Source: an uncultured bacterium
Lineage (GTDB): Bacteria; Chloroflexota; Limnocylindria; Limnocylindrales; Limnocylindraceae
DNA: 36,814 nucleotides
Assembly: GCA_963923845.1 (NCBI GenBank)
Contig: CAWULR010000002.1
Span: forward strand, 1 to 36,814
Direction of reading: 5' to 3'
In this document: positions 1 through 9,302 of the stretch, one piece after another
How positions within the stretch are numbered: the stretch's first letter is position 1
How the letters are laid out: the number at the start of each line of letters is the position of its first letter
Made by a program: the position numbers and the translations under genes
Notes under the pieces: generated by a model
What the model was told of the DNA's origin: nothing
Seen by the model: the letters and a program-made list of their open reading frames with translations, nothing else
Database searches by the model: none

Positions 1-1489
1 ACTGCCACGGATCGCTGGGGAGCGCGTCGGCAACCTTCGGGAAGAGTTCGAGGCGCTGCTGCAGCGGCGTCCAATCGACAGACCCCGCCCAGCGGGTGCC
101 GAGATAGTTGCGGATGTCGGGGAGCACTTCGGCGTGCGGAAGCTGGTCGGGGACGCGCACGCCCTCGTTCGGATGGCGCAGCAGCCAGCCGACTGCGCCG
201 ATGACGGCGCCGGCGACCTGCAGCGTGGTTGCCGAATGCCCAGGGAGGATCGCGCGCGCTTCGGCGATCGAGAGGAGCGAGCCGCTCCACCACGCCTTGA
301 GCGGATGGCCGAGGAGCAGCACGCCGAGTCGGTCCTCGCCCGTGGTGATCTCGTTGTTCAGCAGGCGGAAGCGCTCTGGGTGCTCCCAGTTGCGTCCGCG
401 CAGCTCGTGGACGGAGGCGATCGCCGAATCAGATGGACAGTACGCGTAGTAGACCGTCGGTCGATAGCGCGCCGCTCCGTCGTCGCCGTGCACCGTGAGG
501 TGTTCGCTCATCGTGAAGGCCTCGCCGTGGCGGATCAACATGCCGACGGATTCGCTCCCGCCGCTGATCGCCGTCGCCGGCGTCGCACCCGGGACCCAGG
601 TGCGCACCTGGGTCTCCATCCCCGCGCGCTGGATCAGGATCTGGTTGCGCGGTCCGTCGTCGCTGTGCGCCACGGCACGCGCCGGCATTTCGCGCTCGTG
701 CGTCCCCCAGCCGAGCTCGGCCGGCGCAATCCCCTCCTCGTAGAAGCCTTCGCCCGACCAGGTGTTGACGAACTCGCCGACCTCTTTCGGTCGATCCGTC
801 AACTGCGTGTCGCGCTCGGCGATCTGGATGATCTTCGTGCCACTCGCCTCGGCGATGCGCGCGTGCGCGCCGTCGGCGAGTGCCCGCTCGAGATCGCCCT
901 TTGCAGCGCCGGAGACCAGGTTTCGCTTCAACAGCTCTGCGCCGAGCTGCTCGAGCGCGAACTTCGCCTCGTGGCTCACCCACCCGGGATTGGCGCCGTG
1001 CTCCAGGATCGCACTCGGTCCGTTGTTGTCGCCCCACGATCGCATCGCCGCGCGGAGCGCCATGTGACGGTGGTAGAGCGTGCGCGATGCCGGTGGTTGG
1101 TGTTCCACATCCGCATACGGCTCCCAGACCTCGACGCTCGTGTTGAGGTAGCGCACGCCGGCGCTGCGGCACCATCCGATGATGGCAATCGCATCGATGT
1201 TCCAGGCGAGGTCGAGCAGGATGTCGCCCGCAGAGAGTCGTTCGCCGAGGAACGCGGCGAGGTTCTCGCGCGTCACCGCCGCCTGTTCGTAGACAACGCC
1301 GGCGGCGATCGAGTCGGCGATGCGGTGTCGCGTGTCCGTCATCTCGACGACGCGGATGCTCGACGGCGCGATCTTGACGTCGCGGATCAACAGCGGGACG
1401 ACCGCCTGACCGATCGAGCCGCAGCCGAGCACCACCACCCGCGCGGGGCGGGCGGCGCCGGGAGCGATGAGCGGGTCGTCTGCGGTCAC
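1..1489 (-). CDS. hss: homospermidine synthase (bacterial HSS, saccharopine-dehydrogenase-like); C-terminal roughly 10 aa run off the window
   Basis: Absent from the ORF track because no stop codon lies in the window. My translation of the minus strand from GTG at 1489 gives VTADDPLIAPGAARPARVVVLGCGSIGQAVVPLL (Rossmann GxGxxG), then EHGANPGWVSH, IAERDTQ, NTWSGEGFYEEG, AELGWGTHE, and ends DWTPLQQRLELFPKVADALPSDPWQ. These match remembered bacterial HSS sequences. The + ORF 134..2134 is its antisense shadow up to 1558. Confidence 0.85.
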   Translation of the reverse strand, partial: MTADDPLIAPGAARPARVVVLGCGSIGQAVVPLLIRDVKIAPSSIRVVEMTDTRHRIADSIAAGVVYEQAAVTRENLAAFLGERLSAGDILLDLAWNIDAIAIIGWCRSAGVRYLNTSVEVWEPYADVEHQPPASRTLYHRHMALRAAMRSWGDNNGPSAILEHGANPGWVSHEAKFALEQLGAELLKRNLVSGAAKGDLERALADGAHARIAEASGTKIIQIAERDTQLTDRPKEVGEFVNTWSGEGFYEEGIAPAELGWGTHEREMPARAVAHSDDGPRNQILIQRAGMETQVRTWVPGATPATAISGGSESVGMLIRHGEAFTMSEHLTVHGDDGAARYRPTVYYAYCPSDSAIASVHELRGRNWEHPERFRLLNNEITTGEDRLGVLLLGHPLKAWWSGSLLSIAEARAILPGHSATTLQVAGAVIGAVGWLLRHPNEGVRVPDQLPHAEVLPDIRNYLGTRWAGSVDWTPLQQRLELFPKVADALPSDPWQ

Positions 1490-1558
1490 GAGGGGGCGAT
1501 AGTAGCGCCTCGGCTCCTCGCGTGCGGCGCTCGGACTGGTTGCCGCTATCGTGGCGCC

Positions 1559-2134
1559 ATGGACAACGCCTTCCTCGTCTCCGCCGCGCTGATCTTCGTG
1601 GCGGAGCTCGGCGACAAGAGCCAGCTCATGGCGCTCGCCTTCGCCACGCGCTATCGATTCTGGCCGACGATCCTCGGCATCTTCCTCGCCACGCTCCTCG
1701 TCCACGCCGGCTCCGTGGCGATCGGGCGAATCGCCGCCGCAGCGCTCCCCGTCGGCCCGATCAACATCGCCGCGGGGCTGGCGTATCTCGCCTTCGCCGC
1801 CTGGACGATCCGCGGCGACGAACTCGGGGAGGAGCACCAGGCGCGCGCGCAGCGCGACGGGCGCTGGGCGGTGCTCGCGATCGGCACCGCGTTCTTCCTT
1901 GCGGAGCTCGGCGACAAGACGATGCTCGCCACGGTGACCCTTGCAACGAACCACGAACCGATCGGCACCTGGCTCGGCTCGACGGTGGGGATGGTGACGG
2001 CCGATGCGCTCGCCGTCGGCGCCGGCGCGATCCTCGCATCGCGACTCTCCGGTCGCTGGATCAAGGTCTTCGCTGCAGGCTCGTTTGTGATCTTCGGCCT
2101 CCTCCTCATCCGCGAGGGGCTCGGTCAGATCTAG
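1559..2134 (+). CDS. GDT1/TMEM165 (UPF0016) family cation (Mn2+/Ca2+) transporter
   Basis: Only the C-terminal 191 aa of ORF 134..2134 look real, starting at ATG 1559 (MDNAFLVSAALIFVAELGDKSQ...). Two copies of the family signature E-x-G-D-K-[ST] (ELGDKSQ, ELGDKTM) lie in two hydrophobic half-repeats. Confidence 0.85.
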   Translation: MDNAFLVSAALIFVAELGDKSQLMALAFATRYRFWPTILGIFLATLLVHAGSVAIGRIAAAALPVGPINIAAGLAYLAFAAWTIRGDELGEEHQARAQRDGRWAVLAIGTAFFLAELGDKTMLATVTLATNHEPIGTWLGSTVGMVTADALAVGAGAILASRLSGRWIKVFAAGSFVIFGLLLIREGLGQI

Positions 2135-2138
2135 GTCG

Positions 2139-2618
2139 CTACGACCCTTCGTAGGCGGCGCGGAGCTCCGCGACGACGAGCTTCTCCATCTTCATCATCG
2201 CGGCCATCGCGCGCGCCGCACCCTCTGGATTCGGCCCGCCGATGTATTTGTTCATCTCACGAGGATTCACCTGCCATGAGAGGCCGAAGCGATCCTTCAA
2301 CCAACCGCAGCGGCCGTGTTCGCCGCCGCCTGCGACGAGGCCCTCCCAGTAGTGGTCGACCTCGGCCTGATCGGCGCAGTCGATCTGGAACGAGACCGCT
2401 TCGCTGAACTTGAAATCCGGACCGCCGTTGAGTCCAAGGTACGGAACACCCGAGAGGTTGAAGCGCACGGCCAGCACGCTCCCCGCCTCTCCTGCGTGAT
2501 AGTCGCCGGGGGCGCGCACGACTTCGTCGATCGAACTGTTCGGAAAGAGCGACACGTAGAGCTGCGCCGCCTCTTCGGCTCTGCCGTCGAACCAGAGGCA
2601 CGCGTTGGTCGTCGTCAT
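2139..2618 (-). CDS. VOC-superfamily protein, PhnB-like / 3-demethylubiquinone-9 3-methyltransferase-domain family
   Basis: 159-aa ORF. N-terminal ACLWFDGRAEEAAQLYVSLFPNS and C-terminal CGWLKDRFGLSWQV are typical of this family. Confidence 0.75.
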   Translation of the reverse strand: MTTTNACLWFDGRAEEAAQLYVSLFPNSSIDEVVRAPGDYHAGEAGSVLAVRFNLSGVPYLGLNGGPDFKFSEAVSFQIDCADQAEVDHYWEGLVAGGGEHGRCGWLKDRFGLSWQVNPREMNKYIGGPNPEGAARAMAAMMKMEKLVVAELRAAYEGS

Positions 2619-2667
2619 CGCGCGATCGTACCGCAGCGCGCAGCGCGTCGTGCGCTACGCTGGCGCG

Positions 2668-3180
2668 ATGCTGCTCGTCGTGGATGCCCAGGTGAATCAG
2701 TTCGAACCGCCGATGGCGGTCCACGACGGACCAGCGATCCTTCGTCGTCTCAAAGAGCTCGTTTCGCGCGCGCGTGCGGCCGGCGTGCCGGTGGCGTTCG
2801 TCCAGAACGACGGCGGCGAGATCGATCCCGACTTCCCCGGAACGCCGGGCTGGGCGCTGCACCCAGACCTGCTCCCCACCGACGGCGAGAGGGTCTATCG
2901 CAAGACGACCACGGACTCATTCCACGAGACCGGACTGCTCGAGGATCTGCGCGCCGCGGGCATCACCGAGCTCGTCATCGCCGGAATGCAGTCGAACCAC
3001 TGCATCGACGCCACGACTCGCCGCGCTGCGAGCGAAGGCTTCGCCGTGACGCTGGTCTCGGATGCGCACAGCACCTTCTCGTTCACCGACGAGCCGGCCG
3101 CCTCGATCATCGCGCGGCAGAACGCCGCGCTCGGCGCCCTCGTGTCGCTCGCCACCACGGCCGAGGTGACCTTCCGATGA
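2668..3180 (+). CDS. isochorismatase-family cysteine hydrolase
   Basis: MLLVVDAQVNQF start typical of the family, plus later ELVIAGMQSNHCIDATTRRA containing the catalytic-Cys context. I chose ATG 2668 over the track start 2605, which would overlap the divergent gene. Confidence 0.8.
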   Translation: MLLVVDAQVNQFEPPMAVHDGPAILRRLKELVSRARAAGVPVAFVQNDGGEIDPDFPGTPGWALHPDLLPTDGERVYRKTTTDSFHETGLLEDLRAAGITELVIAGMQSNHCIDATTRRAASEGFAVTLVSDAHSTFSFTDEPAASIIARQNAALGALVSLATTAEVTFR

Positions 3181-3686
3181 GCGAACGGAACGAGACGCTC
3201 GACCAGCTCATGCGCCACATGGCCTGGGCGAACGCAGACCTTTTCGGGCGCCTCGCTGCGCTCCCAGATGCGGCGCTCGGCCACACAGCGCCCGGCAGCG
3301 AGTGGAGCGTCGGCGCGATTGCCCACCACCTGGTGACGGCGGCGGAGAACTACGCGCAGCGGCTGCACGGCGAGCCTCGCGCACCAGAACGCGAGGTGCC
3401 GACGACGAGCGCACAAGTGCGCGACCTGCAGGCCATCCTGGCCACCGCCGATGCGCGGCTTCGCAGCGCGGCGCAGCTCCCCGGCGACGAGGTGCTGCAC
3501 TGGATCTCCTTCAACGGCGAGCCGATGAGCTTCCCGCGCTGGGTACTCGTCAATCAATCGGTCCATCACGCCACGGAACACCGTGCGCAGATCGCCGGCG
3601 CCCTCGCGGCGAACGGGATCACGAGCGTAGATCTGGATGCGATCGACGTTTGGTCCCTCAGCGACGAGGATTCTTCCTCGCGCTAG
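3177..3686 (+). CDS. DinB-family (four-helix bundle, metal-dependent) protein
   Basis: C-terminal 169 aa of ORF 2316..3686. ATG 3177 overlaps the upstream TGA (ATGA). Shows DinB-like spacing of His residues (AIAHHLV ... NQSVHHATEHRAQI). Confidence 0.7.
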   Translation: MSERNETLDQLMRHMAWANADLFGRLAALPDAALGHTAPGSEWSVGAIAHHLVTAAENYAQRLHGEPRAPEREVPTTSAQVRDLQAILATADARLRSAAQLPGDEVLHWISFNGEPMSFPRWVLVNQSVHHATEHRAQIAGALAANGITSVDLDAIDVWSLSDEDSSSR

Positions 3687-4600
3687 GCCGTCGCCGCGCG
3701 CAGCGCGGGCAAGAGCGCGCCGATCTCGCGCACCGAGCGCTCGTTGATCGGATTCGCGATCACGATGATCTCGTCGGCGCCCGCCGCGGCGAACGTTGCC
3801 AGCTGTCGCACGATCTCCGCCGCATCACCCTGGACGGGCGGCAGCTCCGTGCCGAGCGGACGCTCCGTCGATGAGGGATCTGTACGCACGAGCACGCAAG
3901 CACTGCGACGCAACGTTCGCGGATCGCGTCCGACGGCGAGCGCCGCTGCGCTGATCTCGGCGTTGAGCGCGGCGAGGCGCGCGGGGCTGTTGCCGTAGCT
4001 GTCGTACCAGGTGTTCCATGAGGTCACGTCTCGCAGCGTGATCGAGAGCATGCGCGGACCGTTGCTGCCGATCATGAGCGGGATCGGACTCAGCGGTGTC
4101 GGCAGCAGCACCGCATCGTCGACCGAGAAGTACTCGCCCGTGTACGTGACGCGCTCGCCGCGCACGAGCGGCGCGATGATCGCGAAGGCCTCTTCGAATC
4201 GGCTGATGCGCTTCTCATAGGGGAGGCCGAACGCGTCGTAGTCCGGCCTGTTCCACCCCGCGCCGAGGCCGAGCATCAGTCGCCCGCCGGAGATCTCGTG
4301 GACGGCGGCCGCCTGCTTGGCGAGCACGGCGGGTGGATGGAACGAGGCACAGGCGACGAGCGGTCCGATCTCGACGCGACTCGTCACCGCCGCCACCGCG
4401 GCGAGCGTTGCCCAACACTCGTGCGGGCCGCGTTCCGGCCGGCCGTCGTTGCGGTAGAGGAGATGGTCGCCGACCCAGAGCGAGTCGAAACCGGACTCTT
4501 CCGCAGCCGTTGCGATCGCACGCAGCTCCGGCCAGCGCACGACGCGTTCGACTTCGGGGAGCTGGATGCCGATGCGCAGCGGCTCGCCGGTCGTGCCCAT
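3683..4600 (-). CDS. LLM-class (luciferase-like) F420/flavin-dependent oxidoreductase
   Basis: MGTTGEPLRIGIQLPE...FDSLWVGDHLL...GGRLMLGLGAGWNRPDYDAFG are typical LLM motifs. Start ATG 4600 was chosen inside the merged 616-aa ORF. It lies 8 bp downstream of the ALDH stop. Confidence 0.8.
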   Translation of the reverse strand: MGTTGEPLRIGIQLPEVERVVRWPELRAIATAAEESGFDSLWVGDHLLYRNDGRPERGPHECWATLAAVAAVTSRVEIGPLVACASFHPPAVLAKQAAAVHEISGGRLMLGLGAGWNRPDYDAFGLPYEKRISRFEEAFAIIAPLVRGERVTYTGEYFSVDDAVLLPTPLSPIPLMIGSNGPRMLSITLRDVTSWNTWYDSYGNSPARLAALNAEISAAALAVGRDPRTLRRSACVLVRTDPSSTERPLGTELPPVQGDAAEIVRQLATFAAAGADEIIVIANPINERSVREIGALLPALRAATA

Positions 4601-4608
4601 CGAACTGC

Positions 4609-6108
4609 CTAGGGACGGAACGCGTCGTCGTCCGGGTAGGGGAACCACTCCGGGTCCGGCTCGGCGTCGGGGGCGATCATCACCATCTTCGAGCGACGGA
4701 ACTGGTCGAGCCCTTCGGTGCCGAGCTCGCGGCCGGAACCGGTGAACTTGCGTCCGCCGAACGGGATCGCATCGTTGTCGTTGAGCGGCGTGTTGACCCA
4801 GACGATCCCCGTCTCGATCTCGCGCACCGCGCGCGCCGACTCTGCAAGGTCGTTCGTGTAGATGTTTGCGCCGAGCCCGAGGTCGGAGTCGTTCGCACAG
4901 CGGATCGCCTCGTCGAGGCTCGCCACGCGCGCGACCGGTGCGAGCGGACCGAAGCACTCGCCGTGCATGATCTCCATCGAGTGATCTACGCGCAGCACCG
5001 TCGGTTCGTAGAACCAGCCTGTCGATCGGTGCGGCGGTCGCCTGCCGCCGGTCTCGATTCGCGCCCCCTGCTCGACGGCACGCGCCACGATGCGCTCGAC
5101 GCGGAGCAGCTCGCGCTCGGATGCCATCGGTCCGATGTCGATCGGCTCGAGTCCGCTGCCGACGCGCAGCGCCGCCGCCGCTGCCGCGAGACGCGCAACG
5201 AACGGCTCGTAGACCGACTCGTGAACATAGAAGCGCTCCGCCGACGTGCACACCTGCCCGCAGTTGAGGAACGCGGCGAACGCCGCACCGCGCGCCGCGA
5301 TCTCGATGTCGGCGGACGGCATCACGATGAAGGCGTCGTTGCCGGAGGCCTCGATGAGCGTCGGCTTGAAGCGTTCGGCCGCAGACGCAGCGACGTGCTG
5401 CGCGGCACGGACGCTGCCGGTGAAGGCGACGGCGTGGGTCTGCGGATGCGAGACGAGTGCCTGTCCGGTGGCGGCGCCGCCGGTGAGGACCTGCACGAGC
5501 CCGCGCGGCAGGTGGTCGAAGGCTTCCATCCACATCAGCAACGTGACGGGCGTCAGCTCGGATGGCTTGATGATGACCGCGTTCCCTGCGGCGAGCGCCG
5601 CCGCCGCCTGCCAGCCCGCGAGCAGCATCGGGAAGTTGTACGGGACGATGGAGACAACGACGCCGAGCGGCTCCTTGAGCACCATCTGCAGCTGGCCCGC
5701 GATCGCCGGTCCCGCGACGCGACCCGCCTCGCTGCGCGCGATCTCCGCGTAGTAGCGGAACGACGACGCCGCGGCTCCGCCCTCCCAGTTCGATTCACGG
5801 AACGGCTTCCCCATCTCGCGGGTGAGGCACTCGCCGGTACGCGGCGAACGCTCCACCATCTTCGACGCAACCTCGTGCAGTGCGTTTGCGCGGTCGAGCG
5901 CGCTCATCTGCCACCAGATGCGCTGCGCTTCGTTCGCCGCGGCAACGGCGCGGTCCACCTCTTCGCCCGTGGCGTCGGCGTAGCTCGAGGCGCGTTCCGT
6001 GGTCGCCGGGTCGATCACGTCATGACGATCACCCACGCTCGGCACCCACTCGCCGGCCAGGTAGATCGTGTTCGAGAGCTCCGCCATGCGACGCTGGACT
6101 TCGGTCAC
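4609..6108 (-). CDS. NAD(P)-dependent aldehyde dehydrogenase family protein
   Basis: 499 aa. ALDH hallmarks: VPYNFP, KPSELTP, FTGS, catalytic Cys in FLNCGQVCTSAERFYV, PFGG. GTG start at 6108 is preceded by AAGGAGGTG. Confidence 0.9.
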   Translation of the reverse strand: MTEVQRRMAELSNTIYLAGEWVPSVGDRHDVIDPATTERASSYADATGEEVDRAVAAANEAQRIWWQMSALDRANALHEVASKMVERSPRTGECLTREMGKPFRESNWEGGAAASSFRYYAEIARSEAGRVAGPAIAGQLQMVLKEPLGVVVSIVPYNFPMLLAGWQAAAALAAGNAVIIKPSELTPVTLLMWMEAFDHLPRGLVQVLTGGAATGQALVSHPQTHAVAFTGSVRAAQHVAASAAERFKPTLIEASGNDAFIVMPSADIEIAARGAAFAAFLNCGQVCTSAERFYVHESVYEPFVARLAAAAAALRVGSGLEPIDIGPMASERELLRVERIVARAVEQGARIETGGRRPPHRSTGWFYEPTVLRVDHSMEIMHGECFGPLAPVARVASLDEAIRCANDSDLGLGANIYTNDLAESARAVREIETGIVWVNTPLNDNDAIPFGGRKFTGSGRELGTEGLDQFRRSKMVMIAPDAEPDPEWFPYPDDDAFRP

Positions 6109-6231
6109 CGCGCCACCTCCTTCATCACGACCTTACGGCATCGCCCCCGCGCTTCCAACACCGGATGCGACCAGCGACACGAGCGCGATGCGACCACCCG
6201 AGTGGTCGAGCGCCCGCAGACAACGCCGCTT

Positions 6232-6291
6232 CGCTACAATCCCCCTCCGGCGCCGATGTAGCTCAGTGGTAGAGCAGCTGTTTCGTAAACA
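6232..6291 (+). repeat. left copy of a 60-bp perfect direct repeat (tRNA-Thr upstream flank + 5' half)
   Basis: cgctacaatccccctccggcgccgatgtagctcagtggtagagcagctgtttcgtaaaca is identical at 6232..6291 and 9367..9426. It extends to 65 bp with one mismatch (6227.. and 9362..). Confidence 0.95.
6252..6290 (+). pseudogene. truncated tRNA-Thr(CGU): acceptor 5' strand, D-arm and anticodon loop only
   Basis: Identical to the first 39 nt of the intact tRNA at 9387. The sequence downstream (atcggcaagcgcgatattcc...) has no T-arm (no GTTCRANNC) and no acceptor 3' strand. Confidence 0.85.
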
Positions 6292-6429
6292 TCGGCAAGC
6301 GCGATATTCCGCCGTTTTGAGCACAGAAACAGCAGGTCTGGGACCTATTTCTGCCCAACGTACCCAACATGTAGCCCGACGAGTCGAGAGCCGACACTCT
6401 GGTAGCAGCGTGCGTCGCTCGTTGAGTCA

Positions 6430-7953
6430 CTACGGGGAGATTTCCAGCGTGCAAGAGCCGCGCATCTCGCTGAACTGATCTTTCCCGACCACGAGCGTTG
6501 CTTCCCACGTACCTGCGACAGGGAATACAGTTCCGCCTTGCCACGCGCCCGATGAAGCCTCCATTTCGGCTGCAAGTCGCTCGCTCTTGGGCCGAAGCGA
6601 GGTTTCAAGTCGCACGCGCTCGGCTTGCGCGACACCGGAGATGAGGACGCGGTTCGCACCGATCGTTCCAGGACTCAACGTGATACTGACGGTCGCACCT
6701 TCGATCGTGGTGACGCAAGCCCGCGAATGGCCCGCATGACCCGCGTGCGGCGACCCGAGCGTCAGACCGGCAGAGAGCGCCGCGATAACCACTACCGTGG
6801 CGGTGTCAATCGCGAAGAGTCGGGCGGCCGCCTTACGGCTCGCAGTTTTGGCGCGCAACTGACGCCGCATCCACGCGCCACCGAAGAGGGCAACGACCGC
6901 GAGCAGCAACTTCGCGCACAGGAGCAGCACGTACGTAGAGAGGCCGCCCGCAAGTCCATCGGTGAGAATCCACCCGAGCACGATGCCACCTCCGAATACG
7001 AACGAAATCGCTGCGGCCGAGTTTCGCGAGAACCGCAGGATCGTCTCGAGCATCGAGAGGTCATCCACGGATCGATCTGAATACGCAACAACGAGAGCCG
7101 GGGCAGCGCCGATCCAGAGCGCGGCCGAAACGAGATGAGCAACTAAGAGCGCAGAGGTTGTTGCGGCCGCACCTGGGTGGCCGCCGACGGCGAGTGTCGC
7201 AAGTGCCGCGACCGCAAGTCCAACGGCGACGCGAGGCATTCGCATCGAGGCGACTGAAGCTCCGCTCAGAAGCAGGACCCGCGCGATGCCGCCAAGCGCG
7301 TTCCCCGTAGTCAGCCATGCCGCTCCGCCAATCAGTACCTGCATCACTACCCAGAGGAGCGACGCGAACGCAGCGAGGGTGACCGCGCCGATGGCAAACC
7401 GTCGCACCTCGCGGCCCTTGGCACGCAATGCAGCGCAGGCATAGAGTGCGCCGACTGCGACGAGGAGCGAGAGATCGGCGGCGAATCGTGCAGCCCAGAG
7501 CAATGGGGCCTCAGAGCTGCGGAGGGCGAGCACCGCCTTTCTGGACGCCTCATCCGCAGATCCGACGCCAAACGACGCCGCCGACTCCACCACATGTCCG
7601 TCGGATGAGATCACCCGCCATGTGGCGAGATACCACCCCGACGGGAGCGGGTCGAGCGTCTGCGTCAACGTGGTGCCGGCGACAGATTCAGCAGTGGAGT
7701 CGACTTGGCGACCAGCTGCGTTGTAGATCTTGACGCTATCGCTCTCCACGCCCACCGCCTCGTTGAAGGTGATAGAAAATGCGGAGGGCGGAGCCGTGAC
7801 CACCGTTCCGTCACCCGGGCTCGTGTCGATTACCTCTGCGTGTGCGAGAACGGGTGCGGCGAACGAGAGCGACCAACATGCAGCTGCGAGCAGTGCGGTG
7901 AGGAGGCCGAAAGGCCTCCTCACCGTCTGTCGATCTTGACGGTCGCCCGTCAT
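6430..7953 (-). CDS. ycnJ: CopC-CopD fusion copper-handling membrane protein (YcnJ-like) with an extra C-terminal beta-rich domain
   Basis: Signal peptide ending VLA followed by HAEVIDTSPGDG (CopC with a mature N-terminal His), then WRVISSDGH, then about 8 TM helices (CopD), then a soluble C-terminal domain. Confidence 0.85.
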   Translation of the reverse strand: MTGDRQDRQTVRRPFGLLTALLAAACWSLSFAAPVLAHAEVIDTSPGDGTVVTAPPSAFSITFNEAVGVESDSVKIYNAAGRQVDSTAESVAGTTLTQTLDPLPSGWYLATWRVISSDGHVVESAASFGVGSADEASRKAVLALRSSEAPLLWAARFAADLSLLVAVGALYACAALRAKGREVRRFAIGAVTLAAFASLLWVVMQVLIGGAAWLTTGNALGGIARVLLLSGASVASMRMPRVAVGLAVAALATLAVGGHPGAAATTSALLVAHLVSAALWIGAAPALVVAYSDRSVDDLSMLETILRFSRNSAAAISFVFGGGIVLGWILTDGLAGGLSTYVLLLCAKLLLAVVALFGGAWMRRQLRAKTASRKAAARLFAIDTATVVVIAALSAGLTLGSPHAGHAGHSRACVTTIEGATVSITLSPGTIGANRVLISGVAQAERVRLETSLRPKSERLAAEMEASSGAWQGGTVFPVAGTWEATLVVGKDQFSEMRGSCTLEISP

Positions 7954-7975
7954 GGATTTCGAGTGTGCAGCCGGC

Positions 7976-8665
7976 TCAGCGCTTCGCGGCGTTGCTTCGT
8001 CGCGAGGAGACGCTTACACCGAGGGCGACGAGTGCGGCCACGATAGCGACGTAGGCCAGCGGATCCGTCGAAGTCGACGAACCGTTTGACGCACCGCCGC
8101 TGCCACTCGTGTCACCACCCATGCTTCCATCGCCAGCGGCGGCGACGACAGTGATCGTCGGAGCAGGGTGCTCAAGATCGTCCTCCGTCTGGCCGGCCCC
8201 TGGGATCTCGATCCAGGCGATGGTGTCCGCTCCGCACTTCTGCGTCACCGGCACCGTGTACTCACCTGGCTCCATCGTGAAGATCGCGCTGATGCCGAAA
8301 TCAAGGTATTGATCTGCTGGAAGCGAGCCGCCGCTCCAGGTCACCACGCCGACTCGATCGGTGTAGGTGGTTCCCCAGAGGGTGTAGGGCGCCGATGTGA
8401 CTCGTTCAGTCGCAACCTTCCATCCCGCGAGCGCCTCTGGCTTGGCGTTCACGACCCCATCGGGGAGCTGTACAGAGACCGTATCGGTCGGTGCGCCATT
8501 GCACCCGTGCGGGATCCTGACATGGATCACGGCACCATCACCGCCCTGCGGGATGTCTGAGCCGTCGGGAACCGTCGCATGTGCCGCAACTGGCATCGCC
8601 GAGACGAGCAACAGCGCGAGCACGGCAAGAGCGCTCGCCGCACGGCGAGCAATCGTCTGATTCAT
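7976..8665 (-). CDS. ycnI: YcnI-family (DUF1775) copper-binding protein with C-terminal membrane anchor
   Basis: Signal peptide PVAA followed by HATVPDG (mature N-terminal His), IPHGCNG, a Gly/Ser-rich linker, then TM helix AYVAIVAALVALGVSV. AAGGAGTG lies upstream of the ATG. Confidence 0.85.
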   Translation of the reverse strand: MNQTIARRAASALAVLALLLVSAMPVAAHATVPDGSDIPQGGDGAVIHVRIPHGCNGAPTDTVSVQLPDGVVNAKPEALAGWKVATERVTSAPYTLWGTTYTDRVGVVTWSGGSLPADQYLDFGISAIFTMEPGEYTVPVTQKCGADTIAWIEIPGAGQTEDDLEHPAPTITVVAAAGDGSMGGDTSGSGGASNGSSTSTDPLAYVAIVAALVALGVSVSSRRSNAAKR

Positions 8666-8720
8666 CTTTCACTCCTTACTTCACGATAAGCGCCGATCAC
8701 ATGGATCGACGCGCAACAGG

Positions 8721-9293
8721 TCAAGCGAGAAGCGGTGGCCCTCGTACTGGCTGCAGCAACAGTGCACGTACGCTACGTCGCGGGTCGCTCGCAGGGAGCA
8801 GTCGCTCGACTCTCTGACACACGGCCAAACGCGCCGCTCGAAGGAGATATCGGGCTGCGCTGGCAATGCCTCGCGAGAGGAGGACGACGCCGAGCGCGGT
8901 TGCCACTTGCATGAGCAATCCGACGAAGAAGAGAAGCGCTCCTTGTCGCGAAGCGATCTCGGCGAACAGGTCGGAAGGTAGCGCTCCGTGGGCAAGCCGT
9001 TCGACGATCTCGATCGCCACATAAGCAACCAACTGAACAACGATGAGTGCCGCCGCTCGATGACGGAACGATGACGAATCGTCACGCGTGTTGATGGTCT
9101 GCACCAGCGAGATCGCCAACGCAAGCCCGCCGAAGATCGGGAGCAGGGCCAGCCACGTGTGCCCTGTATCTGCGAGTGCATGCGCGAGGACCCGCGGGTC
9201 GCGGAAGACGAACGCGTAGGCAAGCTGGTGTCCCACGAGGAGGCCAACGATGGACGAAGAGATGATTCCTGGGAGGCTTCTGAGGTGGCGCAT
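8721..9293 (-). CDS. hypothetical 4-TM membrane protein, first gene of the copper cassette
   Basis: 190-aa ORF with four hydrophobic segments and several His residues (GHQLAY, AHALADTGH, LAHG). The overlapping 224-aa ORF 8681..9355 is Ser/Arg-rich and looks spurious. I recognise no family. Confidence 0.5.
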   Translation of the reverse strand: MRHLRSLPGIISSSIVGLLVGHQLAYAFVFRDPRVLAHALADTGHTWLALLPIFGGLALAISLVQTINTRDDSSSFRHRAAALIVVQLVAYVAIEIVERLAHGALPSDLFAEIASRQGALLFFVGLLMQVATALGVVLLSRGIASAARYLLRAARLAVCQRVERLLPASDPRRSVRALLLQPVRGPPLLA

Positions 9294-9302
9294 CTATGTG
9301 CG

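Noticed and set aside
134-1558. N-terminal 475 aa of the 666-aa + ORF 134..2134
   Set aside because: It is Arg/Asp-rich and low-complexity, and it is the exact antisense of the well-supported homospermidine synthase frame. This is a typical shadow ORF in high-GC DNA. Only the part from ATG 1559 is a real gene.
4333-6261. 642-aa + ORF, plus similar long Arg-rich ORFs (9322..10461 -, 12530..14554 +, 15676..18039 +, 18369..20126 +, 18394..19890 -, 27372..28739 +)
   Set aside because: Each lies antisense to or out of frame with a gene that has clear family motifs. Their compositions (R, D, G, A runs) and lack of motifs indicate stop-codon-poor alternative frames, not overprinted genes.
6323-6353. 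Imperfect hairpin (cagaaa..AGGTC-tgg-GACCT..tttctg) downstream of copCD as a terminator or att-associated structure
   Set aside because: The stems are short and interrupted, and no U-tract follows on either strand. I cannot distinguish it from chance.
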